From Marsupella aquatica (taxonomy: Eukaryota > Plantae > Marchantiophyta), in the NCBI GenBank assembly GCA_973895155.1, contig OZ316898.1:3906480-3970479 (forward strand): DNA of 64,000 bases, written 5' to 3'. Shown piece after piece: positions 24,125 to 37,200 of the stretch (position 1 is its first letter; every line of letters starts with the position of its first letter). Under the pieces are notes generated by a model. It had not been told where the DNA came from. It did not search any database and was given only the letters and a program-made list of their open reading frames with translations. A program made the position numbers and the translations under genes.

Positions 24125-27100
24125 TGTGAGATAAGGATGTTTATGAAAGAAGGGTTAACAAACCATAAATTTAAAAATTTTTACGTTTAAGATCTCAAAT
24201 GAGGCTAAAGAGGGACCTGAAGACTACTTTGAAGTATTATGAGACTTTCAAGCCCATCTGAGGTCAACCCGGATTGATATTAGAGAAGGAGGATCGACCC
24301 GGAACTTTTTACTATAAGCCTTGAATGAGATATAAAGCTTATATTGAGACTCTACTCAACAACAGCTGTCCATTGCCAAAGTTTTTAAAACCATAAGTCA
24401 AACACAGGCACGACCACAGCAGAATCCGGATATAAGGAAGGAGAGTCGATCCGGCCTCTCACACCTCTCAAAGCCGAACTTAGTAGGTTTTGAGCTCCCG
24501 AGCGCATTAGGCTGTTTAAGCAGTAGAGTGAGGAGGCTCTACCCTTTTGGTAGAGGATCTTGGGTCCGGATTATAGGACCAATCTTGCATTGCATGATGA
24601 GAGCCTAGATATGAGGGTACTGACTGATTCGTTGGGAGGGGAATGCCTACTCCACCGCTGGAAGTGAAGGCAGGAAGTTTGAGATCCTGGTCGTGGATAC
24701 ATCGGTTGTGAGAAGGGAAGCCAGGTCGACCCGGACATGACCATTGCAAGCCCGATTGAGTCCAGATTTTCCCCACGTTAGATGACCCTACATTGTGGTT
24801 GACGAAATCTTGATGCAATTCTTCCAAAACGATTTTCAGTTGATCAGAAACGCTGCGGCCAGGTCGACCCGGACATTTCTACCAATGGTCGACACCGAAG
24901 AGATTGAACATTCTGAAGTCGCATCATTGTAGAGCTTGCCGTAGAGGAGGTAGAACATTTACCAGAAATCAATTTTCTGCTTGCAGAAATCCTATGGAGC
25001 AAGGGGCGGATCCAGCCGAAATGTCCACTTCTCGCGTCTCTAAGGGACATTCAACCTCAACATCATCTGCACCTACTCCGGTTAAAGCCCCTGTGAGACG
25101 ATCGAAGAGAAAGGAGGTCCCCATTGCCATAAAAATTCTGAGGCCAGCTATTCCAGACAGTGAAGCTGAGAAGGTCAAACTGAGGGAGTCTTTGCTCAGG
25201 ATGGGCTGTGAGTCTCTGATGGAGCTACCCTGGAGTTATCAGAGCGAAGATATGATCAGAGAGATCCGATCCAAGGAGTGTCCGGCTGAGTTTAAGGATA
25301 CCTCCAGAGGCCGACTTGAGCGATGGACTCAAATGATGATTGCAGGAGCTTTTGTATTGGAAGATGAAGGAGAAGGTCCAGTGGGGAGAGCTGTCAACCT
25401 AATCCTTCCTTACTTCAAAGGAGCCATCAACTGTAAGGACGGGTTCAATGTTTCTAAGTGTTTGGATTCTGATCTGAGATGAGTCTTCAGCTTTCTGCTA
25501 CCCCTGCTGTACCCTGAGAAGCCAAGAAGAGTTACTGTTGGAGTTGGCTCTACCATTGTTGCTGTTTACAAGGGAGAAAGAAAAGTCAACTGGGCTAAGC
25601 TTATCTTTGATTTGATAAGGAAGTTGGTACAGAACCTATCCAACAAGAGTCCTACTCCCCTCTCCTATTACCTGGTATATCTATATAGCTTTGAAGGAGT
25701 TTTGTTCAGAGAGGAGAAGAAATTACTATTGGCCAAGTTCAACTTCATAAAGTATGGAGAGACAGATCCAGATATCACCCAGGCCACCTCTGATGACAGT
25801 GAGGATGAGGAACCAACAGAGACAAATCCTCGAAAGACCCGGTCTGCTGCCCGGAACCTCGACCCGACTTTGCCGACCCGGCCTTCGTCGGCCCGGCTGA
25901 ATTTCTAGATGCACCTGGCCATGCTTCCCTAGACACCCTAGCTGATTTCCAGATCATCTCAGACACATTCCAGAAGGTGAAGAGGAAGACCACTGTGATG
26001 GAGAAGGCCATCACTGATATTTCTCAGAAGTTAGGAGTGAAACCAGGGCAGATTCTTGAGAAGATCTCCACCATGAGTGATGCCACAGATAAGAGGAAGT
26101 TAGAGAAGGAGAATGAGTTCCTCAAGAAGAAGGTATCTGAACTCAAACAACAGTTGGAAAGGAGTAAGAAGAAGAATGAGCTTGAGCATACTCTCCAACT
26201 CAGTATCACTCAATCTTTGGATCTGATTGAGCCTTTGACTAAGATAGCTTCTCTGGATCTTCTTAAGGCCCAAATTTATGATGAGTATTTGGCCAAGAAC
26301 ACCACACCCATCCTTTTCTCCAAGATTAACCATTTAGTGGTAGATGTGAGTACCAAGGTGGATGATGCACTTACAGGCCTCTCAAAGACCTGTGAAGCCT
26401 TAAGGGAGATGAGTGACTTGACTACAGAGGAGCTATTAGCTGATACTGAGATTCCTCCCTTTACTACCAAATCTTTCTCTCCTAGTCCTCATGAAGGAGT
26501 CTATTCCACTGGCCCCTCATCACCCCTCAACCCTCCTGGTTTCCCCACTCCCAGTACACACTTCCACTCCCATTCTTACACTTATTCTCATGACCCAAGT
26601 GCCCATCAGGAGAACATGGATATTGACCCGTCCATCCCTTTTACCACTGGCCAGCAGGGAGTTTTTCTTCGACCAGAACCCCTTGCCATGGCTAACCCTG
26701 AGGAGGTTCCTTCCCAAAAGCCAGGACCAGAATAGAGTTATATTTAGAGAGTTAGAGTCACATTAGTTTAGACTTAGAAATAGGTATATAGATTAGTATA
26801 TGAGTAAGTAGACTCCAGTATTTTGTTGATGTATCCATTGGAGACTCTACTCCATTTTTGACTAGGATAGTTCACTTTTATTTACATATTTCTTTAGACT
26901 TGGGTTTTGAAGAGGCATATCTTTTCATAATCTCCACTTTTAGTACAAAAGGAGGAGAACCCAAAGTCAACCTGGGGAGAGAAAATATACATTTGATTTC
27001 CCCATTGTCTTAGAAGGAATCTATGTTTTTTCTTCCCCTTCTTTTTACCATGGTTGAGTAAAAGAAAGAAGTTTTAGCAACCCTTGAGTTGTTGTGAAGT

Positions 27101-27723
27101 GTTCAATGAATGCTAGAGTGTGCCTTAATGATATTGAAAGATCAATGAGATTTGTGATCAATACATTTGGAAGATTCACCAAAGAGGAAATTGACATTTG
27201 CACAAAACTCAAACAAGCAATCTTAAGGATTGTAGGAGAAGTAAACTAATTCGAGTATCCTAGTACCGTCTTAAGCAAGACCAAAAAAGTGTCCCGGGTT
27301 GATTTACATTGTTGTCTTCTAAATTCAAGAGATGGAGAAGAGTTGCTACGAGAAATCAAAAAGCATAGAAAATGTTGATTTCTGAATCTTAAATTAGGCC
27401 ATAATCCTTATTGAAGGAGTGGTGATGGTCAGAAATTCAATTCCCTTGCACTTTGAAAACTCCTATCTACTCTCTCTCTAGTTTCAATCTTTATTAATTC
27501 TAGTCTTTATTATTGCACTGTGAATCCTAAGGATTACCCACTTGAGTTGTGGTTAAACACTTATGTTAAGGAGATCATTAGAAATCTCTCCAACCTAAGA
27601 ATGTTGGTGTAAACTTCTCAAATCGTGTTAATTAGGTCTTTTCAATCTTATCCACTCCTAACCGGAACGAAATCGAGTTGTTAAGGAGTAAATAGTCATT
27701 TATCTCTTTATCACCTTGCTACA
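24125..27723 (+). mobile_element. 3.6-kb solo LTR (probably Gypsy) inserted in the Copia RNase H
   Basis: Starts TGTGAG, ends CTACA; 5-bp TSD TGTAG at 24120-24124 and 27724-27728; removal restores Copia ISQSTTEAEY; no internal terminal repeat, PBS, gag or pol seen. Confidence 0.85.
24993..26735 (+). pseudogene. LTR-internal protein of unknown function (~570 aa; one stop at 25480-25482, one frameshift ~25830-25905)
   Basis: ORFs 24904-25482 and 25612-25908 are in frame across a single TGA; 25977-26735 follows in another frame with a coiled coil; homologous to 60823-63307. Confidence 0.75.
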
Positions 27724-30404
27724 TGTAGTAGACTGAGATATGTACTTCTGCAAGGTAGATTTCCAACTGATACATCCTCCTCCAAGAGTGTATACAAACC
27801 CAGTTATAGATCTTCTTGTATCCAGACAGCCTCCATAGTCAGAATCTACATAGCCAACTAACATTCTATTTGATCTGTTATCAAATAGTAATCCATAGTC
27901 CTGTGTTCCCTTCAGATACTTGAGAATCCACTTCACAGCTTCCCAATGTATCTTCCCGGATTTGACATGAATCTGCTAACCTTGCCCATCGCTAGGGCCA
28001 AGTCAGGCCTAGTACAAGTCATCAAATACATCAGACTGCCTATTGCCTTCTCATAAGGAATCTTAGCCATCAGACCTTTCTCCACAGCATCCGTAGAAGA
28101 GAAAGCCGATGATAACTTGAAATGTGAAGCTAAAGGAATACTCACTGGCTTACAGTTTTCCATGCTGAATCGTGCAAGTACTTTCCTCGCATACTGGCCT
28201 TGACTCAAGCACAACTGTCCAGTCTCAGAGTTCCTAAAAATCTCCATACCTAAGATCCTCTTGGCCTTACCAAGATCCTTCATCCTGAATTCAGCACTCA
28301 ATTTTGCCTTGAGACTGTCAACCTCAGATTGATCTTTAGCCACAATCAGCATGTCATCCACATAGATCACCAGAATGATGAAACCAAATACATCATTCTT
28401 GACTGATTTCGTATACACACAAGGATCATACACCATCCTTGTAAAACCTTGAGCAAGCATGAAATCATCAAACCACTTGTTCCATTGTCTGGGAGACTAC
28501 TTCAATCCATACAAGGACTTGAGCAATCTGCAAACTAAGTTCTCTTGGCCCTTCTTCATAAAGCCTAGTGGCTGTCTCATGAAGATCATCTCTTTCAAGT
28601 TGCCATAGAGAAAAGCAGTAACAACATCCATCTGATCCATCATCAGATTAAAAAACACAACAAGCTGACACAAGATCCGAATTGTGGAATACTTAGCAAC
28701 CGGTGAAAAGACCTCATTGTAATCCACTCTTTTCTCCTGAGTGAATCCCTTGGCAACAAGCCTTGCCTTGTAGATCTTGTCTCCACCCTCTGAAGGACTA
28801 TCCTTCAACTTGTAAATCCACTTGCTGTCCACCACTTGCTGACCTCTTGGAAGCTCCACCAGCTCCCATGTCTTGTTGTCACTCAAAGATTTTAACTCCC
28901 TCTACATTGCTGCATTCCACTCATGCTTCTGCTCTGAAGCACAAGCCTCACTATACGAAGAAGGCTCTCCTTCTTCCAAGATCAAAGCCATATCATCTTC
29001 ATCAGGTGCAATGTCAATATCATCTAGCTTAGATGAGTCTGCCCATTGACCATACCTGGTAGGAACTCTAGTAGAACGACTGGAAGTTCTTCTAGTAGAT
29101 GACTGAGGTTGATCTGTTGCTGCTGCTGGTTGAATTTGAGGTACCCCAATAACAATTTGCTCCTCTTGTTCCATCATAGGAACCAGCTCCAAGCCCGGAG
29201 CTTCTCCATCTCTCCTGTCATGAATTGCATCATGACTAATCTCCCCCTCAATTCGGTCCGGGATGGAAGATTTCCCCTTATCAGTATGGGAGTCTTGAGA
29301 ACTCTCCCCTCCTTTGATGATCTGGATTCATTAAAGGACACATCTCTACTGACAATTAGCTTACAGGTTACTGGATCCCATAACCTATAACCCTTCACAC
29401 CTTTCTGATAACCAAGAAAAATGCACTTCTTCGACTTGGACTCCAGCTTGGATCCAAGCTGGGAAGGTGTAAGCACATAAGCATCACATCCAAAAATCCT
29501 CAGATGTGAGTAATCTGCTGGATGCTCGTACCTCATTTCAAATGGCGTCTTGAATCCAATAGAACTGGATGGAGAAAAATTTACCAAATAAGCTGCAGTG
29601 TTGACAGCTTCAGCCCAAAACTCATGTGGTAAGCATGATTGACTTAACATACTCCTCGAGTGGTCCAATAATGTTCGGTTGAGTCTCTTAGAAATACCAT
29701 TCTGCTGAGGAGTATAACTTGTTGTGAGATGGCGGGTAATCCCCTACTTCTTACAATACGTTCCAAATTCCCCGAAACTGTATTCACCGCCGTTATCCGA
29801 TCGAAGATATCTCACCTTATTACCAGTCTGATTCTCAACTTGGGCTTTCCACTCCTTAAAAGTGGCAAAAACATCAGACTTATTGTGTAGAAAGTATATC
29901 CACACATACCTTGAGTAATCGTCTATGAACGTGACATAGTATAATAATCCAGAATGTGAGGGAGTAGGGGCTAGACCCCACACATCACTATGTACATACT
30001 CAAGTACCTCCTTGCTGGTGTGAGTTCCAACTCCAAAGGGTTTTCTGTGCTGCTTCCCTAGCACACAGTGCTCACAAAATTCCAACTTACAAGATTGCAA
30101 ATTAGAAAGTAATCCTTTCTTCTGAAGAATAACCAAACCTTTTTCACTCATGTGGCCCAAACGGAAGTGCCACAGCCGGGCTGTCTTCTCATGAGATAAG
30201 GTTACATTGGCTTCATCACAAATTACACTGCCCTCCAAATCGTATAGATTGCTATGTCTCTTTCCCTTCAATACAACTTTAGTACTAGTTGAAACCTGAA
30301 GGACACCATTAGCAGAGCTCCACTGATGGCCATTTGCTTCTAAAACTCCAAGTGAAATGAGATTTTTCATCATGCTGGGAATATGTCTCACATTCCTCAA
30401 CGTT

Positions 30405-32269
30405 CTCACAACACCATCAAACATCTGAAATCTTACAGATCCAAGTCCAACAACTTGACATGGGATTCCATTTCCCATCAATACTGACCCGTTGGAAACC
30501 GTGTAAGAACTGAAACAATCTCTCCTAGAGAAAATGTGAAAAGTACATGCACTATCTAGAATCCAGTCATCACTACCTGGATTAGACACTACGTTGAGAG
30601 CATAACCTTGACATCACAATATGTCATCATCATCGAGTAAATCTACCTCATGCGAGCTCGATGCCGCATTAGTAGAGGCAGTAGGGACCTTTACTCGACA
30701 ATCCTTTTTCATGTGGCCAGGCTTGCCACAATTCCAACATGCAAGAGGCTTCCTCTCTTGCAATTTTCCTCTGGATTTAGATCTCCCCCGTGATGTAGAT
30801 CTAAACCTGTTCTGCCCATTCGTGCGCTGCACTGCTCTTCCCCTGTTCACATTCACCACCTCATTATACGAAATGGACTTCAAATCTCTGTACAAGAGCA
30901 CCTGTTTCAAGCCTTGATAAGACGGCGATAAGGAGCTTAGCAGAAGCAAGGCCTTATCCTCATCTTCAACTCCTTTTCCCAGGTTTGACAGATCCACCGC
31001 TAGACTGTCAAATTCATCCAAGTGATCCTGCATCTTGCTCCCTTCCTTGAGCCTAAGGCTCATCAAGAGAGACTTCTTGTACAGCCGGTCTGACGCATCT
31101 TCCCGGTAGTACTTCTCTCTTAGAGCCTTGAACAGTGACGTGCAATCCGCATAATCATCCAGCTACTTGATGATGTGCGGCTTGAGATATAGCATCACTG
31201 CATTGACAGTAATCACCTGCTCCTGTCTCCACTGTCTCACAAAAATCTCCTCCTCTCCATCATACTGCTCTCGCGAAGAGAGCAGATGAGCTAAGCCATC
31301 TGCTCACAACACCATCAAACATCTGAAATCTTACAGATCCAAGTCCAACAACTTGACATGGGATTCTATTTCCCATCAACACTGACCTGTTGGAAACCGT
31401 GTAAGAACTGAAACAATTTCTCCTAGAGCAAATGTGAAAAGTACATGCACTATCTAGAATCCAGTCATCACTACCTGGATTAGACACTACGTTGAGAGCA
31501 TAACCTTGACATCACAATATGTCATCATCATCGAGTAAATCTACCTCATGCGAGCTCGATGCCGCATTAGTAGAGGCAGTAGGGACCTTTACTCGACAAT
31601 CCTTTTTCATGTGGCCAGTCTTGCCACAATTCCAACATGCAAGAGGCTTCCTCTCTTGCGATTTCCCTCTGGATTTAGATCTCCCCCGCGATGTAGATCT
31701 AAACCTGTTCTGCCCATTTGTGCGCTGCATTACTCTTCCCCTGTTCACATTCAGCGCAGTGCCAGAAGAAGATGCTGTCTGTGATTGACCCAGCTTCTTC
31801 TGAGCATCATCAGACAGTAATGAGCTCACCACCTCATTATACAAAATGGACTTCAAATATCTGTACAAGAGCACCTGTTTCAAGCCCTGATAAGACGGCG
31901 GTAAGGAGCTTAGCAGAAGCAAGGCCTTATCCTCATCTTCAACTCCGTTTCCCAGGTTTGACAAATCCACCGCTAGACTGTCAAATTCATCCAGGTAATC
32001 CTACATCTTGCTTCCTTCCTTGAGCCTAAGGCTCATCAAGAGAGACTTCTTGTACAGCCGGTCTGACGCATCTTCCCGACAGTACTTCTCTTTTAGAGCC
32101 TTGAACAGTGACGTGCAATCCGCATAATCATCCAGCTGCTTGATGATGTGCGGCTTGAGATATAGCATCATTGCATTGACAACAATCACCTGCTCCTGTC
32201 TCCACTGTCTCAAAGAAATCTCCTCCTCTCCATCGTACTGCTCTCGCGAAGAGAGCAGATGAGCTAAGC
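30405..32269. repeat. ~0.9-kb tandem duplication of gag-protease inside the Copia (units 30405-31297 and 31303-32269)
   Basis: Near-identical translations (KPLACWNCGK.GHMKKDC, MSNPGSDDWILDSAC) occur twice; the left unit lacks ~75 bp present at ~31751-31825. Confidence 0.92.
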
Positions 32270-34061
32270 CCATGGCCTGTAGAACACCCTTCACTTGCTT
32301 CTCCCACAGCAAGTAGTCAGTACGACCATCATACTTCTCCACCTCAAACTTTACTCCTTCGAATCTAGCCATCTCCCTCTTCTTCCCTACTACCGACAGC
32401 TCTGGTAGTAACATAGCTTCCTCCACTGCACGCCGCACCGATGATCGTACCGGTGTCACTAGTTCCTCCTCAAACGGTAGCAGCTCCTCCTCAGACTCAC
32501 CGTCTAATCATCGCAATCCTGAAGCTCCACCGACGCCAATTCTTCCAGTATCCTCTGAGTCACTCATATAAAACAATCACGAAAAAACGTCTTTTTTCAA
32601 AACTTCTCATAAAACTCAAAACTCAACACCGCCACGTAGCCCACGAAGCTAGGAGTCCAATACTGAAAGCCCAAATCAAAATCAAAATTCGACGGAAAAG
32701 TTATTCAAATTTTGGTCGGGGTGGGTAAAACCTTGGGAAACTCCCCTGTTTTGACCACCTCGGAGAATAACCAAAATACCAAGTACAACCCGTCGTCGGA
32801 ATCGCGATGTGATTGGTGCGCCGCGTTGCTAACTCCAGTGGCAACGTCCTTGCCGAAAAAGAACTAAAAAAGTTACCGTTCGGCGGATGGAATCTTTGTC
32901 GGACGGCCAAAAAACAGCTCTCTATTTTTTTGGGAATATTCCCGCATAGTCCAACAGGGTTTACAGGGGGCCGTTCCCCCTGTCGGAGCGGTTAAAACAG
33001 AGTGTCATAGGGCCCGGGATGAGGCACAACCAATGAGGAGGAGAGAAAAAAAATTCAGAAAAAACACACTCTAAAGGGGTCTTAAAGCCCCTGGCAAAGG
33101 CGCGCGTATTCGCGGCCAGAATCGCGTATAAACAGCAAAAAATGTGAAAAAACGGGTTTAAAGGGGTCAAAATGCGCATATTTTTGCGTACTTGGGCCAT
33201 ATAAGGGTGTTTTTGGCCATTTTTGGGCCCAAAAAAGCACTTTTTCATGCTTAAAGGGGTAATGGGAGGCCAGTGTGCGCGCCGGGTCGTATGGCAAACC
33301 TGGTTTGTCGGGTATTGGGTCCGTATTGGGGCAAAAAATGCCCTAAGCTAACCTTAAAAATGTGCCCTAAATGACACAAAGGCCGTGTTACAAACCTCAG
33401 CCGCCTCCGCTTTGGTTTCCAATGAGAAAAGTGATGACCGCCAATATGAAAATGTTTTCGAATTGCACCGGCACGTCTGAAGCTCCACCAAAGAAAGAAC
33501 TTCAGTTGCGTCGCCTTCACTCCGCGTCAAGTGCCAATCCCGGACTCAAAATGACCATCTCGCCACGATCTCTCCGTTGAGCCTCAGCACTTCGCGTTTC
33601 TTCCTCTGAGTCAAGTGTCACAATGAGTAATCCGGTTTAGGGAAAAACAAGCACCATAGCTTGTCAAAAAACCAGAACGCCTCCTTCACTCGTCACGACG
33701 CACTCGTTCTGCAAATGTCAGCAAACTAGATACCAAAATGACCAGCACGCTCCAACCTTCAACTTAAACTATCACATGCGACGCCCCGCACACCGCACAG
33801 CTCACACCGTTGAAGAAACGATCTATGGTTTCTCCCCCGAAATACCGTCGAACACGAATAAACCCTGAACGACGCAAACATCAAATCCTCCGCACCACGG
33901 ATACCGATCAACGAGTTCTAACCACCATTAGAAAGCCCTCTCACTAACCTATCCGCACAACCACATACATTTGAGTTTCATGCGACGAAACTCCGAATGT
34001 ACCATCGACAATGAACGCTGGAAAAACCTGTAACGAAAAAACCTCGTCACCTCCCAGGCAT

Positions 34062-34073
34062 GCTCTAATACCA
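34062..34073 (-). other. tRNA-iMet primer-binding site (TGGTATTAGAGC)
   Basis: gctctaatacca two bases from the LTR start at 34076; one mismatch to canonical TGGTATCAGAGC. Confidence 0.88.
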
Positions 34074-34251
34074 CTTGTTGAGCATAGATGACATTCGTAA
34101 CGGAAATTGGACTAGGGTGTATGATGCTACCCTCAGTATTGTCAACAAGTCCTTAGGGTGGGGAGGGAAGTCCTTCATGGAATCCTTTTGGACAAGAGCT
34201 TGTACTGAGGTAGAGATTGAGGTGAGAGGAGTTGAGGGAACCTAGAGAGCT

Positions 34252-37200
34252 TTGATTGACTCAGGGTCTGAGGTTAACTTGATGTCTATGAGGGTTTATG
34301 AGGAAGGAAAATTCTTTGTTGATCGAGATATTGAGTGGGGTGTGAATGGCATTAACAGGGATCAGAATGCCTTGTGGGGTGCTTGCCCTAGGGTAACAAC
34401 TAGGATTGGCAACATTGTTGAGCCCATGAATATTTTTGTTCATATTAACCTTCCTTATTGCGTCATTTTAGGGCAGCCATTCATCACTGAGATGAGGATG
34501 GAGACCAAGGTTTTGGATGATGGGACTCACTTTGCTAAGATTCGAAGTAGAGATGGCCTTAGGGTTGTGCAATTTCCTACTTGTTCCCCTAACCACAAGA
34601 GATATAGGAGAGAGTTGAGGGAGACTGAGTCTGAAATGAATTTCAATTAGGTGCCTTGTTTGATGTGTCGGAGGAGCAAGGTGCCAGTTTCATTTCTCCG
34701 TCTTGTGATGTAAATACTGATGAGTTGTTTGCTAATTCTTTTTGTGGGTTTTCTAAGTGTAGCCAGGTTTTGTTTTTAAGTAGGGAAGGATGCTCAACTA
34801 TGGAAAACCAAAAGATGGGTAAGTGGGAGAAGCGAATGCACTACTTAGGTGACTTACCAAATGATGAGCAAGTTTTTGGCATTTTTGATGAGAAGGGCCA
34901 TAACCCTTCTTTTGTACAGATTTTGGGTGAGATTGTTAAGGGTGAGAGTGAGATAGAGGTTGGTCGAGAGTTCTATTTGGAGCTAACATGTTTGTTAAGG
35001 CCTGATGTGGCTGTCCACACTAAGTACAAAACTGTGGAGCAAAAGGTTCATCCTACTGCTATACCATTGCCACCCGAGGCAAGAGAGATGATTGAGAAGG
35101 CAAGTCAAGAGCCTTGTTTGAGACCAGCTAAAGGTATTGGCCATGTTTTCACAGAGGAATCATTAAGCAAGTTGAGAATAGGTGATGATGGACTAATGAC
35201 TGATATAGAGATTTCAGCTTTTCGTGAAACGGTAAGGGTGCATGGAAAGGCTTTTTCATTTGTGTTGGATGAGATAGGATGTGTTAATCCTAGAGATGTG
35301 GCTCCAATGATTATTTTTACTGTCCCTCACATTCCTTGGGATCTTAAGCCTTTACCTGTACCTAGAGCCTTGCTCCCAAAGGTTATTGAATTGTTGAAAG
35401 AGAAAATTCAGTCAAGAATCCTTGAGAGGTCAGATGCTCCATATTCAAATCGTTGGTTTATTGTTAGGAAGAAAAATGGTAAGATGAGATTTATTCAAGA
35501 CATGCAACCACCTAACAAGGTGACCATTAGGAATGTTGGAACCGGACCTATTGTTGATGAGTTTGCTGAGGAGTTTGTAGGGAGAGCTATCTACTCGATT
35601 GGAGATTTGTACTCTGGTTATGACCAGTTTTAGTTGGCTGAAGGGAGTCGTGACATCACCACCATGAGGACTCCTCTTGGAGTTTTGAAGATGTGCACTT
35701 TACCTCAAGGTGCTACTAACTCTGTTGCCCATATGCAGAATGCAATGAACAAAATACTCCAAGCATTCATTCCTGAAAAGACTAGGCCATTTCTTGATGA
35801 TATCCCCATCAAGGGATGCAAGGAGGAAGAAAAGGATGAGAGTGTAAGGAGTGATGGGCTTCGACAATTTGTTTGGGAGCATCTTCAAGATATTACATGA
35901 ATCCTTAAGCGTTTGATTGAGGTTGGGATCACCTTGTCAGGAGAAAAGTCAGCCTTTGGACTTCGTGAGATCATAGTGGTTGGGCAACGGTGTGAACCTT
36001 ATGGGCGGTTGCCTAACCAGGCTAAAGTTGATGCCATCCGAGAGATGAGAGCATGTGAGAGTGTGAGTGAGGTGAGGAGATTTTTAGGAGCATGTGTGTT
36101 TTACCGTGTGTGGATCCCTCATTTTGCCCACATAGCAGATCCATTGTATGGCCTACTTAGAAAGAAAGTGAGGTTTCGATGGAGTGATAAGTGTGAGAGA
36201 GCTATGGCAAAGCTCAAGGAGTCGTTGATGAGTCCACCAGTTTTGAGACCACCAGACTATGCTTGTGGGAGGCCAATTATTCTTACTATTGACTCTAGTC
36301 CTTTGGCAGCAGGCTGGGTACTTGGCCAAGAAGATGGAGATGGCCAGATATTTGCTACTAGGTTTGGTGCCAAGATATTCAATGAGAGACATCGTAGGTA
36401 TCCACAGGTCAAGAGAGAGTTATGGGGAGCAAAATGTGCCCTCAAACAAGAGAAGGATTATTTGATAGGAGCACATGTAGTATTGCAAACTGATTGCCTT
36501 CCTTTGCTCGATATGATTGCTAATTGTGATACCCTTGATATCGCCATGCTTAGATGGATTGCTTTCATTCGCATGTTCAATCCTGAATTAGAGCATATTT
36601 TGGGTAAGAACAATCCGGTAGCAGACATGCTTTCAAGAGCTAGGTTTGAGGAGTGTGAGTCATGTGTAAATGTAGATAGATGTGTGTGTGTTGCAAGTCA
36701 TAAGAGGAAGAAGAAATTTCAGAGTGAGTTTGAGTTGTTGCAGTTCAAGGAGGAGTTGTATTCCACAGATTTTGCAGTGATTGGAGAGTACCTTAGCACT
36801 TTGAAAAAGAAAAATGAGTGGAGTAGAGAGGAGTTTGAGAGGATTAGGAAGAAAGCCTATGGTTTTTTTCTTAGAGATGGATACTTGTGGAAGAGACCAA
36901 AGAAGCGGAGACATTTACCCTTGAGAGTAGTCGATGATGATGATACACGGCGGAAGGTTTTGCAGGAGTGCCATGACTTTGAGACTTCTGGCCACAAAGG
37001 GGTTCGAGCTACCTATGAGCGGATTCGACAATTCTATTGGTGGCCTCAAATCTATGTAGATGTTAGGATTTATGTTGAGAGTTGTGAGGTGTGTCAATTT
37101 TACTCAAAGGTCAAGCATAGGGATGGTCTTAGTCCCACTCATCCATTGTCTTTGCATTTCCAGTGGGTGCTAGATATTGTTCATATGCCAAGAGGGGTTA

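Larger units (their letters stand above)
23793..32459 (-). pseudogene. Tork-type gag-pol with multiple stops and frameshifts, an internal duplication and a solo-LTR insertion
   Basis: ORF pieces 32001-32459, 31512-31970, 30614-31066, 29744-30589, 29174-29668, 28497-28886, 27933-28460, 27700-27936 and 23793-24071 in Copia order; the RNase H motif SQSTT|EAEY is split at 24125/27723. Confidence 0.92.
23242..34103 (-). mobile_element. Ty1/Copia element of Tnt1/Tork type; 3' LTR complete, 5' LTR truncated to 28 bp
   Basis: LTR 23242-23584 with adjacent PPT; its first 28 bp recur at 34076-34103 beside a tRNA-iMet PBS; gag KFEVEKYDG, protease WILDSAC, integrase VHSDVWG / LRSDNGGEY, RT YVDDMLI, RNase H YVDSD / CDSQSA. 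Confidence 0.92.
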
